Part shown: positions 12,496 through 25,100 of the stretch, one piece after another
How positions within the stretch are numbered: the first letter of the stretch is position 1
Layout: each line of letters opens with the position of its first letter
Source: Piedraia hortae CBS 480.64
Taxonomy: Eukaryota
Assembly (NCBI GenBank): GCA_010093745.1
Contig: MU005967.1
Span: 186,001-250,000, forward strand
Direction: 5' to 3'
DNA length: 64,000 nucleotides
The notes under the pieces: model-generated
What the model saw: only the letters and a program-made list of their open reading frames with translations
Databases searched by the model: none
Told to the model about the DNA's origin: nothing
Translations under genes and position numbers: made by a program

Positions 12496-15400
12496 GCGTT
12501 GTGATTGGATGTCGTGATGGTGGCCACGTACCCAGCATATGACGTCTACAGATCGATGGAATCAAGATTTTCCAGAACGAAAGGACCCTCCTTTGAAGCA
12601 CGTGTCCAAACAGAGGATACGAAAAGCTGCATGGTATGGCGAGGTGATGTGGGACTTTGGCTGAACTCAAAAGGCATGATAAGCGTGGATGGATTCGCTA
12701 CTGGCTGTGGACGTTGTGAGCACGAAGGCGATTGAGCGTTTGAAATTAACACCCTAGATGTTTCAGAATAGAGATATATGCAGATTGCAACCCCCTATCG
12801 GGACTCACCGCAGCCCAGGCGGTGAAGAGCAGTGCCACTTCGGTGCAGGTCATTATGCATGCAACTGCCGCGCTCCCAACCGGCGCTCCAACACGCACAC
12901 CTAACCTAACGGGGTATCCTGGTCTTCTCAGCGCTGACCTGCCCGAGCGACGCAGGTTTGGTGAGCAAATGGGCAACAGACATGACAGACCGACGGACAG
13001 ACTACACTTTAATAGAGTTGCTCCAGCTTGTCCATTTAGGTTCTGAGCTTACTCCTCGTAGGGCTGAGGTGTACAACAGACACTACTGCCAACCCCTCCA
13101 ATCCTTTCGGATCAATATCTATTCCGTCCACCGTCTGCGTGTCAGCCGCCCTCCCCTTCTTTTCCAGACGGGAGAGCCGTGATGACGGCTTGCTTAAATA
13201 GCTCTCGATACGCCCAAGATCTTCTTCCATCCAATCCTCACAAACAATCTCCATTCAAGTTTCCAACCACCCTGAGAGGACAGCCCCCTATTCTTTGATC
13301 AACCCTCACAATTACCTATCCCAAAATCAACCCAAACAGATTTCTCAAAGATGGTAAGTCATACACGAGTATGAGAAACATTTGGTTGACAATTGTTGAA
13401 ATTAGAAAGAAGGAAAGTGCCCCAGCTGCAAAAGGAAGGGGAGTACGATGTGGATCATGCCCGGCGAGATCTGTCCACATTGCGGCGAGATGATGCCTTT
13501 TGACGTTGAGAGTGACTCGGATAGCGATTGAGCAGGCATTGTTTTTCATGGGAGAGTGTATAGAAAGATAATCATCACAACCAACTACACCATCTCGTGT
13601 GGGGGCAATTCTGATGTTTGACACCTGACGTTGAAGAACCTGGATACCCCTGTACATTCTTTGTGTGAATTGGGTCAGGCCTCGGTAATTCATGCGAGGT
13701 CTCGGGCGCACGAGATTCCCAGTAGCCAGGTCTCATCTTGCAAATCGTTGATGCACACTTAACTTTTGGGTGGCCTTGCATGAGAGAACAAAGGGAGTAC
13801 ACAATTGTCACAGCCCAGAACCGGGCGGCTTTTTTGGAATCGCTTAGAGCGGTACAAACGCATCGAATCCTGGATTTACCAAAATGATGTATGCACCAGA
13901 CGGGATAGCTAATTCCCACAAACCTGGTTCCGCTCGAAGAAATCCGTTTTTGTGTTTGCCAACTGCCACTTCAAGCAGGAATGGCAGGTTGTTTGGTGAC
14001 ACAGACGGCCCAGTTACCGCGAGGCCGATGAATCTGGAAAAGACAACATGTTGGGTCATGACAGATTCGGTCGTTTGCAAGTAAGCACTCTCATAAATAA
14101 CACCTTCCAATCTCTCCTACAAGTTCATCCAGCCTCCAATCTTCTCCCAGTCCTCCCAGCTCCTAGCAGTCCTCCCATCAAGTCATTTTCCAATCAGAAG
14201 TCCATATGCCTGCAAAGATGGTATTCCAACCAATGAAAGGGGGAAGGGGCTTCGCTAATCGATATCATAGCCTCAAGGTCCATCGCAGAAACAATGCCCC
14301 GTTTGCGAAAGGGAAGGCCTCACCATCATGCTACCGCCATATCAACCATGCCCGCGCTGTGGACAAGCCATGCTACCCGGCCCTTAAAGAAGCCAACATA
14401 TCATTCGAGCATCTACAAGCCAATTGACGGGATGTCCGAGAAACGAAAGGGACTGTACGTCGTACCAAATTTAACTCGTACATTGTACGAGTTGAATTTG
14501 ATGGTATTTAATGGATATTAGTTAATTGTCTTGATGAAGTGAACATCCCCATCTGAATGTCGTCATATCTCGTCATAAGCCAAAGGACGATGGAGTCCAA
14601 TATCTCGCAAGAATCCTAGCTACAATCTTCAGCTTCACAGTTGAACGATGCAGCGATAACATATCCAACCCAGCCCAAACGCGAGTCGCGTAAACAATTC
14701 CCAAGCATCTGGGTAGCTCTAGAGCTTTTTAAAGCTGCAGTATGTCATTTCCCCGACCTTCGATCTAGATTACGCGTCGTTCTCTCAGAATCTCATCTCA
14801 GCGGCCTTCTCAACGGGCTTTCTCAACGGTCCCGCTCGATTAGGATTGGTTGACTGTCAACCTTTTTTCCAAGAACCTCTGCAAGCTCAGCTTCGCTCGT
14901 TTCCGCTCGGTTACACCAACCCTCCCGGCGAGACCACAGAAGAATGGTTGCACAATCGAGATTTGGCTACAGCATCCTGACCTGGGGGGTTTCGGTATTT
15001 GGACAACGCTGCTCGTTTCATATTCTCTACTCTTTTCAAGGACGAACCTGTTGTAGACTTGGTTTGTGCATAGAAGGGATGGGTTAGTTTCGTGGTCAAG
15101 TGACACAGCAACTATCTTATCATTTTGCATATTCGAGTGGATAAAATCTCCCTGCTTTCCACTTTTTTTTCAAGCTCTTTTCCTGTCGAGCAGGCTGCTT
15201 TCCTACTGAGCCACTGCTCCCTATTGAACACATTGCGTTGTTTGAGCAGACACATCAGAGACCTATCGGTTGATCCTCTGCGACCTCAAAGAGCCTGTTG
15301 TCAGATAAATCAAGATGAATCCGGTACGTCTCTCCCCTCCGCCTTTTATGGATGACCAAGGTTGACAGATCTTAGGAGGAGCAACAAGTCGAAAACAGGA

Positions 15401-16199
15401 GCTGTCCCGTCTGTTCTGCCCGCGGCTCGCCCATCTGGTTGAGCCCCGGCGAGGAGTGTCCCCGCTGTAAGAACATTTTGGCATACCTCTGAACATCATA
15501 CTCAAGAGGAGGAAAAGGGGGAAGGGGGTAGGATGGTACGACGGAGGTGAACTTGGGAGATCATTCGGAAGGGAGGAACAATACCTCACTGAGGGGTTGA
15601 TCGATCAATGTAACCGATAAAAAAGTGAAGAGTAACGAATGAGATTTTTTTTTTTTTGGAGAAGCGATGGCGTGATGTAGACGGAACGGGTACATGCATT
15701 TCCCCGCTCGTGTCAGCAATGCCGTTATCCGCTAACCTGGCTGGACTTCCTTCGCGTCTGTAATTTGACCTTCTCGGATGGTTTGCAAACAAGAAGACGC
15801 AGACCGTCTCTTCGGAGAAAGACATTCATTCGGACATTGCAGGTGGAATCATAGACCGTTTGAACGTGCTGCCGGGGGGGGTATTCTAACCCTGTACTTG
15901 CAGGACCCAGATCTCCATGTCAGATGAGTCATCTCACGCTGCCGATTGATGCAGGAGCAAAAAGCATGCGGGTTTGACGCGCTGTCGAGCGATTATTCTG
16001 ACCGACATTCGTCCGAAGTCACAAGGATTTCAAGCGGCTTTCGCGCAACATGATCGATTCAGTCTTGTGTGACGTGTTCTTTGCAAGGTCCCGGGCCTAC
16101 AATTACCGTACCTTCTGCACCAATGAAAGCAACTTCCCAGTGTCCTCACTGGGCTGACGTCTCTTCCCCCACGCTCCCGCTGCTATCTGACTTCAGATC

Positions 16200-17533
16200 A
16201 GGATGATCCTTGAACCAAGCCAACTCGCTTGTTTTATCGAGATGTGCTCTTTGGGATCCACCTGCCATGTATTAGCAAACAGCTCCCCTACCCTGTGGAA
16301 TACCTCGCTTGGTAGATCCTAACATTTCTTATTACCACTTTCCTCATAGCATTGTTCAACGAGAGCGTTCATGCGTTCACGTCCTTCATGGTCCGATCTC
16401 TTTTCGCTCGAAGACGTAATGTACAGTCCTTTCCGCCAGCGGGCAGCGACGCGTCTATAGCATTCTTCGATTCGGACATCGCGGAGCGTGTTTTGAATCC
16501 AAATTGGAGCTCTGATCAAAAGCACGAAACACTCTTTAAATGAGCGTTGGGCGTTAAAAGGGTAAGAGTTACATACCAACATTCCAACACACTACACGTC
16601 TACCTTCCCTTTGAGTTGTTCGCCAAAAACTATTTCGGGAGCACGCCAACAAGGGAATGAATCAAGCCTATCTGGCAGAGAAGTTTGATAAAACGCTTGC
16701 CCGAAACCTACGAGCATAATATTGTCCTCATCCAGAACTTCCGCAGGGAGACAATCGTTCATCACAAGGTAGCTGGACACATTCAGTGAAAGAGAGGACC
16801 CGTCCTTGCTCTTCACCTCGTAAGTCCACTCATAACGAAGGAGCTGCGAGAACTCCTTTTCGGTAAGGTCATCTATTCCGCGTGCTGTCCATACGACTTT
16901 GTAAGAATTCAGGTTGCCATGCACAATGTCGTGTTGGTGCAAACAGTCGACGGCCTGCTGGACTTTGTGTTGAGGTCTTCTTACGGTGCTGGTACTGATT
17001 GGGGCACGCTCCTCCTCGAAACGGTCCCAAACGTTGACGCCATGAACATCTGTCACAATGCAATGTTGGGTTCCATTTGGCTCCACAAGCTCAAACTCAT
17101 CAAGCAGGGTGGGTAAGTAGGCCATGTGGGGGTGCTTGCTTTTACTTGCTGTCAATGTCCTCAACACCTCTGTCTCCAGATGTGCCGGAGGGTCAGCAAC
17201 GGTGACCTTTATCGCTACATATCTTTACTTCCTGCAGATTTATGTGTAAGCCTCTTCGTTCGATGATATAGGGTGCAGAGGTCTTATTGTTTATCTCTCG
17301 CTGCCCAGACAGTTGCAAGGAATCCAAAGCCTAGCTTGTGCAAGACTCTGTAACGCCCATTACGCAACATGTCTCAGAGATGCACGGGGTGGAGTCCGCC
17401 CGAGACATAGATTCTCTCAGCCTCGCGCACATATGCACTCGTAGGGAAAAGTATACTTCCGCGGTTCCGCCATCTGGGTTCGATTTATGGGTGAATTGGT
17501 ATACCTTGCTGCACAGTGGTTCTGGAGAGCCAT
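16200..17533 (-). pseudogene. Degenerate SRPK/Sky1-like serine/threonine kinase
   Basis: GGLHPVHL*DMLRNGRYRVLHKLGFG..ATVWAARD, YVAIKV, HGNL (for HGDL), GFG (for DFG), WRAPE, DV* (for DVW); stops at 17374-17376 and 16592-16594. Confidence 0.85.
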
Positions 17534-17536
17534 GAA

Positions 17537-17592
17537 ATGTGCGTATGTGTGTGCGTATGTGTGTGTGTATGTGTGTGTGTGTGTGTGTGTGT
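17537..17592. repeat. (TG)n / (TGTGCGTA)-type microsatellite
   Basis: Directly visible tgtgcgtatgtgtgtg... run. Confidence 0.95.
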
Positions 17593-18124
17593 ATTTCTAT
17601 GTGTTGGTCACAAAGTGTGGTCGACACACTGTGACTCACTGCGGGTCATTCACAAAACCCAAAAACAGCTGAGTCGGTAGTTTGTGTGTTGACGTTCCAA
17701 AAATTTTCCACACTTCACAATCGAGTTTCAAAAATTTGATTGGATTCTTGAACAATCAAACAAGCGGAGGCTCGAACCGGACCGCGATTGTGCGTTTTCT
17801 GGATTGTTAAACGACAGAAAATTTTGGAATATAGAATCAGTGACAAGGTGAATTGACTCTGTAGCGTTTTCTCCAGCCTTCGAGTTTGTGAGTGTACATT
17901 CAGTCGAAGGACTTGGCTCATACCTATCATGCCCTCAGCGTACAGCTTAGTACGTCTCCCGTGAACATACTCGTCAGGAGGATGAGAAACTGTTCGGAAA
18001 TCAGATTATCAATGTAATCAGTTGTCTCCTGCCCGCGTCTGAACAACTCCCCTAGAGGGCAAAGTCAAGGAAAGTCCTCCCTGTACAGTCTAGACTACAG
18101 TCTACTAATTAAGCGGACGACTTG

Positions 18125-20284
18125 CTAAAGCCGGCCATCACGATGGTCAGGTCTGACGTACCTTTTGATATGGAGATACTCGCCCTCGGCATCGGGGTTA
18201 GCATTGCCCTTCTTCATCCAATCGTGGACCCAGTCGGGAGCCCAGGCCAGTTCATCCTTTACATCTCCCGGCTGGATAAGCTTGACCGACTCCCTTCCGT
18301 GTGCATCACGACGACGAATGCGCACAATGTTACCTTCCTGGACTGCTCTATCAACCTCCTTGTCACGGCCTTCATCGTCACGGCCACGGCGCTGCATGGT
18401 GACTAGAGTTGTTTTCTCTTCGCGGGGAATGACATGCTTCACCTTGCCCGGCTTCCCGTTATCAAAGTCGGCAAAATCGACAATGGTTTCTTTTCCGTTT
18501 TTGTCAATGAAAACGATGCCTTTTTCCTTACCTGTGAGCTCGCCGTTGCCCTGGCGGCGGTAGGCGGTGGTGACGGAATACCCTCCGTGCTTGGGATCAG
18601 GCTTTTGGACAGAGATTTTCTCAGGGAAGTCGAATTCGAATTCGTTTGTCTTAGCGACGATGGCAGTTTGGCCATAGACAGTCTTATCGTCAAGGGAAGG
18701 CTCTTTCTTCAGCATAGCAGTCGTCTGGTCCGGGACGGGGTCTTCAAGGCGAGAGAACATTTGTTCCGAGCTGCTCTCGCTGCGAGGCTCGGTGACCATG
18801 GTCTGGTTTTGCTTGCGGAAACGATCTTTCGCGCCCATAAGGTCGCCATCATCGTCAACCAACCCCTTACCCTCTTTGAGTGTCCCAATAATTTCATACC
18901 GGTCGTTTGTATAGGGGTTGGTGATGACTTCGGGCTTGGTCCTGGACCGAGTTGCGCTTGCGGCAGTCCTCTCCGAGCGAGCGGCCGCTGCATTTTTGAG
19001 CTGGGTTGCTATATCCGTTAAATTGTCTTCCTTGAGCGTTCCAGGGATTTCAAATCGTGCCTTATTGCACGGCTCTGCCGTCGGCGGAGCTGCACCGACT
19101 CGAGCTTTTATCGTGCGAGAGGATGCCGTACTCCGGCCCGATGCAGCTTTCGCATCTCTGACACTGACTTCAACCTCTTCCTTGCCCATGGCTTGATTTG
19201 AACCAGCGCTCTTGGTTTGACGACTCACCACTACACGAGTCTCGTGAGTATCACCCTCGGGCTCCTGGACCACAGACGTCTTGGTATTCGTGCGCTTGTC
19301 CGAAACAGTAGGAGAAACCTTGTCGCAAATCTCGTGGATACTAAATCTACGGTCTGTCTCAACCCTCCCCTTGTTCTTTTCGACAGCTTGAGACGCAATG
19401 GATTCTACCGGCACCACACGACCGCAAGGGGAATGTCCAGGATCAGAGTCCAACCGATTCTTCGCATTCATGGAGCGCCTGATTTCGTCACGGGCAATGC
19501 AGCGAACGGCAGCCTCGGTCAGACTGTAATCCTGTCCCGCTAATTTTTCTTCTCCGTACGCACAGTGATTCGACGAACCGGGCTCAGCAGCCGGGGCAAC
19601 CCGAAGAAGGCCCCGATGGTCTTTGGAATGCGCTACAGCGGAAGTCATTAGCGACGCCGAAGACTTGTTGGGGTCGATGAGATCCGCTGCCATGCTGTTC
19701 ACCTTGGAGCGGAGATTTGCCAGCGTAATGGGAGACGACCGGATCTCATCGCTAGAAGAACTTCCGGATGGGCTTACCTCTCGCCCGCGATCGACTTTAT
19801 AAACGATATCGGGATCAACTGTCTTGCCCTGTATCTCCTTCTTCTCGATGTACTGACGCTTTCCCTCACGACGCAACTGCTCATCTTCGATCTCCTTGAG
19901 CTTGCCCTTGGTGATGTAGGTCTCACGGGGAGCCAGGCAGGAGACGCCGAGGTTGACCTTATTGCTGGTCACCTGCTCCGCGATCTCAACAACCTTGGGC
20001 TTGGAACAACGTTTGCAAATACCTGGAGGCGGCGGGACACAATTGATAAGAATGGGATTCTCGCGATGGTATTTCGCGCTCCTGGGGCGCAAGCAGACGC
20101 GGCATATATGGTAGACAGCCATCGGAGGCACAGGATAGGCGACGGTATTCGCAGGTACAACTGCAGCAGCAGGCTCGGCCATGGGAGCATATTGACGGAG
20201 CACGAGTTCATCACCCCTAGGAGGGGGCAGAGGACAAGCAGGCAAGTCGAACTTGGCCTCCTTGGTCGCTTTGATCATACCCAT
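18125..20284 (-). CDS. Hypothetical protein with N-terminal CxxC...H...CxxC putative Zn motif and long low-complexity body
   Basis: ~720-codon open frame; HICRVCLRPRSAKYHRENP...GICKRC; first ATG at 20284. Confidence 0.7.
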   Translation of the reverse strand: MGMIKATKEAKFDLPACPLPPPRGDELVLRQYAPMAEPAAAVVPANTVAYPVPPMAVYHICRVCLRPRSAKYHRENPILINCVPPPPGICKRCSKPKVVEIAEQVTSNKVNLGVSCLAPRETYITKGKLKEIEDEQLRREGKRQYIEKKEIQGKTVDPDIVYKVDRGREVSPSGSSSSDEIRSSPITLANLRSKVNSMAADLIDPNKSSASLMTSAVAHSKDHRGLLRVAPAAEPGSSNHCAYGEEKLAGQDYSLTEAAVRCIARDEIRRSMNAKNRLDSDPGHSPCGRVVPVESIASQAVEKNKGRVETDRRFSIHEICDKVSPTVSDKRTNTKTSVVQEPEGDTHETRVVVSRQTKSAGSNQAMGKEEVEVSVRDAKAASGRSTASSRTIKARVGAAPPTAEPCNKARFEIPGTLKEDNLTDIATQLKNAAAARSERTAASATRSRTKPEVITNPYTNDRYEIIGTLKEGKGLVDDDGDLMGAKDRFRKQNQTMVTEPRSESSSEQMFSRLEDPVPDQTTAMLKKEPSLDDKTVYGQTAIVAKTNEFEFDFPEKISVQKPDPKHGGYSVTTAYRRQGNGELTGKEKGIVFIDKNGKETIVDFADFDNGKPGKVKHVIPREEKTTLVTMQRRGRDDEGRDKEVDRAVQEGNIVRIRRRDAHGRESVKLIQPGDVKDELAWAPDWVHDWMKKGNANPDAEGEYLHIKRYVRPDHRDGRL

Positions 20285-22193
20285 GTTGCGCTGGACTCGT
20301 GGCAGTGTAGGACTGCCGTGCTTGAGTGTGTGTTGTGCAAGGTAGGGCGACAAACAAAATATTCGAATATGTGTGTGCGCGCAAACTCTGCCGAAGTTTA
20401 ACCATCAATTAGGAAAGAGCGGCGCGTGTGCGTCAATAAAGTCATGTTGCTCTCAAGCACTCGGTCATGACCTGTGTTGCTATGCAACGATGTTGATTTG
20501 TGTCATTCAGCGTATAATGCTGATAACATAAGCCAGATGAAAGTTATCATCGGCACTGGGCCGACAATAACATTGTGATGTAACTCCACAACGAATTTGA
20601 ATACCCAAGCGTTTGTCGTAAGAACAACTTCATTGAGGAATGCTATTGGCTCTCCTTGGCTGGATACCAGGCCCCATCACGTCAAGCCCGCCCTACAGAG
20701 TAGTTCTTGCTGCAAGACGCTAGGCATCAGCCTTGGGTGGCTGATCCAGTCTCGGAATTTGTCGCGAGCTGTTTGTCCATCCCTGCGATGCTGAATTGAG
20801 ACAATCCACCAGCGTCGAAATAGGATAGCTTTCGTTGCGACATGATGTAGTAAAGACAGGATTTCAAGGATCAGCCTGAATCCTTTGCTGTCGGATAAAA
20901 AAAGTAGCAGGATACGGCTGCGTCAGAAGGAAAATGGGAAGGGACACGAATCCTCCAACGTTCGCACGCCTAAATATCTAGGCTGGGCTGAGATGGGGTC
21001 CACTTAGATGATAACGCCACCCCGTTTATGGAACCGTTGTCTTCCACCAGGGTTTGAATTTAGACGTCGTTGCTTTTGTAGCCTCGCTACGATAATGTCA
21101 TCATAGGTTCATGGGGATTGGTTGGGCTGTTCTGGTTGCCCGGAGCAAATGCAAGAGCGCTAAGCTCAGAATCCAGAAGGTTGTTTCGGAGATTTCCTGA
21201 AACCGATCATAGTGAAGTTTAGATTAAAGCTCAACGGCCGAGAGTAAAACGGGTGTTCAGGGCGATGTGGGACGTTGGATAGACAAGAATAGCCAAGTTA
21301 AGGTCAAGAAGGGGCCCCTAAGGGCGAACAAAGTGAAACGAACAAGAGATAAGGCAAGCGAACAGTTAGCATACGATATAAGCAATCGAATTTGGACGAG
21401 GCAAGACACGTGCATGTCTCAACGGCCGCGCATACACCACTGCAAGTTCTCACACAGGGTTCACCTTAAACCACGCGAAAGGAAGACCACACGTGGACCA
21501 CGATGCGGAACGCTGAGGGTATGAGAGGAGATTCGGACGTAGGAAGGGCATGTTTGGTTGGATCAACGGAAACCCGATCCGGGGTTACCACCGTGCTCCC
21601 TACCAATACCAAACTTTGTTCAGAAAGGAGAGAGTATCCTTGCTAGGCAATCGAGTTTGACGGGCCGCCTTAGGGCTTTAGCCAGTGTGGGTCAGCTCTT
21701 CGGAGAGTGGAAACTTGAAGGATCAATCTAGACAAACGTAGGCCGGGCAGCAAACTGCGAATTGTGACACGCGCCAAGGACAGGCGCGCACGGCGAACGA
21801 GGCGGGAGCGGACGGGAACGAGTAACGAGGTGGTTGTTTGTGGAAAGTCCGGGGTAAACGCGCGGCTCGCACGGACCTCACGTGCTGTCGCGGTACTAGC
21901 GCGACTGGCACGGACCAGAGGAGGCTTGGCGAACGCGCTCGGGGAGAAGAAAGGTCTGTCTTTTTCTCTTCCAACATTCGCGCCTGCCTCATCCCTACGA
22001 ATTCCTTTGCATCAAAGTTCACCTCGCGAAGGCGTGTACGCAATCTCTGACGTCACGACGTGCGTGTTGCGCCCACATTCCTCGCACTTCTTGTTCTCAG
22101 CCCACACAACAGATGACAACGCGGCTCAACAGCGCTGACTCTCGCTAACACTTTCCTATTGCTTCTACGGCGCCTCTCGGCGCATTCAGCGCC

Positions 22194-25100
22194 ATGATGG
22201 AGGTTGAGTGTTCGCCGCGCCACTCGAACGCGGTGACCCAGCTGATGTCGCCGACTCATGGACATCGTGACAGCGTTGACAGCTTCGCGTCAATGCGGCA
22301 GATTCGGCAGTCATTATCCCGCACGCCCTCGAAACCGCAGCGATTCTCTTTGGCCACCACGCACAGCGTGCCGCGGTCGCCCTCGGGCCTTTCGCGTGTT
22401 TGCGGCTCCGACAGCAGTGGCGATTCCGACCGGCCCCGCTACGCCGCGAAGCGCATCGCCGCCTGTCGCTCCAACTTGCGGCGACCGTCACACCCTAGCC
22501 CACCCCGCCGGGCTTTATCCGACAATGTGAATCACGCCAATGCCGTGCCGCGCTTTTTCCGAGCCCCACCTTTTGAAGATACGCCTAGGGGTCAAGAGAA
22601 TTCAGACAGTGGAAAACGATTCACCGATGTGAAAGACGACGTCGCCAAGCACGAGCGCACGGCGCCCCTCCGCAGGGAGTCCGTTCTGCACTCCCGCGTT
22701 GACTCTCTCGAACGCAACCACGGCCTGCTGGACCTTGAAGTCGCAAAGTTTGGCAGTCCGCAGCCCAAGAGGAGAAGCGTTTACAGCACTTTGCTTCCCG
22801 ACAGTTCCAGTCTTTCGCTGGGGCTGGACGGCACAGCCAGCGATTGTTCGGAGCCTTGCAGCTCCTTGGACCGGCCAGAGCACAGCGCAGGCAGCCCTAG
22901 CCCGTTTGTGTGCGCAATGACAGGAAATTCTCCGGCCAGACGTTCGTTCAGTCTCCGCCGTTCGACGTTGCAGCAGCGCACGACTAACACTCGTTCGCGA
23001 CTGTTCGCCGTGGAAGGCAAAGAGCCTGGAAGCCCGGCCCCGGGCGGCCGCAAGACGCGCGCGTCTCTGGACAGCAATGTGTCCTTGCGCACTCTGGACG
23101 GCGGCCCTGACAGAGCAGGTGAGGATCTATTTCCGCCGCTGCAGAAGACGGTGCAACAGATAGCGAAGGCGCCGCACCCGCTGTCATTTGGCGAGATTGC
23201 GGCGCTGAACGACGAAAACGTGCCAAAGGTGCACCGCGAATTCTCCAAGTCGTTGCCCGTATGCGGCGCGCGTCCGGCCAAGGCTTCGGCGGCATTGGCA
23301 CATCCGTCATCGCACGAGGCGTTTGCGACGCCAGCGGCCTTCAACTCGGCCAAGCCGCTGCAGCAGGCATTCCATTCGACGGGCTTCATTTCTAAACGCA
23401 ATAACACTATCGATCTCGGCTCGTCGCTAAACAGCAACTTCATGCCGGACACGCCGTCTAAGAAGCCGTCGATCCATATGCTTGACACTCCGGCGCCATC
23501 GGTGTTTGGCCGCTCCATTCGTCCATCCGACCTAAACATCCCCGATACGCCCTTCGTCGCAAAGGTCGACTGGGCGTCCGGTCGCGGCGGCAACATCTTT
23601 GGCTCGATCGACTCCACCAACCGCCGCGCCAGCTTGTTCAGCGCCACTGATAGCGAAGACAATAACTCGCCCACGCACCGCTTCGACAGCCAGTCCAGCA
23701 ACGAGGAGATGCCGCCGACGCCGACAAAGTCGGTAGGTCCAACGGGCACGCCGCGGCCGCAGTCCAAGGGGAAGAACAGCCTGCGCAGCAGCTTGTTTGG
23801 TCGTCGCACGTCGGTTGTTCCGGACACGTTTGCGGAGAAGGCAGAGCAAGACCGAAGTAAGTACACGCCAGCCGTCACCCCCCTTGCCAAGCGTCCGCGT
23901 CCAGCTGAGTCGCCGAAAGATGAAGCAAGCTCGCCAACGTCGGTTGGCTGTCGCACTCCCTTTTCCAAGCGTTTTCTGTTTTCGACACCTTCACCGTCGC
24001 GCCAGCGTAAGAAATCAAGTGCTAAGAATCGTACAGCAGCAGGACCGACTAGGCTCCGCTACCAGTCTGGGGACAGTCCACCTGTGACTCCCCAAGATGC
24101 TTCGATGCCGGATCCCAGCAGTCTCTACATCTCGGCAGACTACCGTCCGCGCGAATCGCTTGCTGTCCGGGCCTCTGCTGACGGCATCCCGGCTACGCCA
24201 ACCGGACCGCGTGCTGATCAATCCACTTTTGCGTCCACCCTGGGCGGCAACAAGCCCCCGGCGTACATTTCCAACGACGTGGATACCACCATCACGGCTC
24301 GTTTCGCGCGCGTTTCCCTTACGGGCAATGGCGAGTTTTCGCAGGTGTACCGTGTCCAGGATCCTCTTGTTTCTGGCATCGCCTTGCCCTCTCGTGGCAA
24401 CCCCGCCGCGCGCATCTGGGCTGTCAAAAAGTCCCGTAAGCAGTATCTTGGCAACAGGGACCGCATGCGTAAGCTGAAGGAGGTGAGTATTCTCCGTGCT
24501 CTGCGTGGTAACGAGCACATTCTGGAGTTTATCGAAAGCTGGGAGGCTGAGAGCCACCTTTATATCATGACTGAATACTGCGAGAACGGCAATCTCAAGG
24601 ACTTCTTGTTGCAGGCCGGGTTCAAGAGTCGCTTGGACGACTTCCGCATCTGGAAAATTCTTCTGGAGTTGGCTCAGGGCGTCAAGGCCATCCACGATGC
24701 CAATTACATGCACCTGGACCTCAAGCCGGCCAACGTTTTTATCGACTGGGAGGGAGTTCTCAAGATTGGCGACTTTGGAATGGCGAGCGAGTGGCCGGCG
24801 CCGGCTGATTTCGAAGGGGAAGGCGACCGCGAATACATTGGGCCGGAGGTGCTTTACGGAAAGGTCGAGAAGGCATCGGACGTGTTTGCATTGGGCATGA
24901 TTGTCCTTGAAACTGCCGGCAATATCGTGCTGCCTGACAACGGCCTGTCGTGGCAACGTCTTCGCGCCGGTGATCTGAGCGATCTGCCAAGCCTGACATG
25001 GACTTCGGAGAGCAGCCTGAACCGTGACGAGCATGGCAATCCGCTGGACACGCCGGAGAGCTCTCGGGAAGCGTTCAGCAGCTATCCTGATGAGCGGTCT

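Noticed and set aside
20400..22190. Long non-coding stretch upstream of Wee1 examined for RNA genes
   Set aside because: No tRNA, 5S or snoRNA box architecture could be supported by eye
22781..25034. Long antisense ORFs (395 and 339 aa) opposite Wee1, and similar shadows over other genes
   Set aside because: Expected shadow frames of GC-rich coding sequence; no motifs
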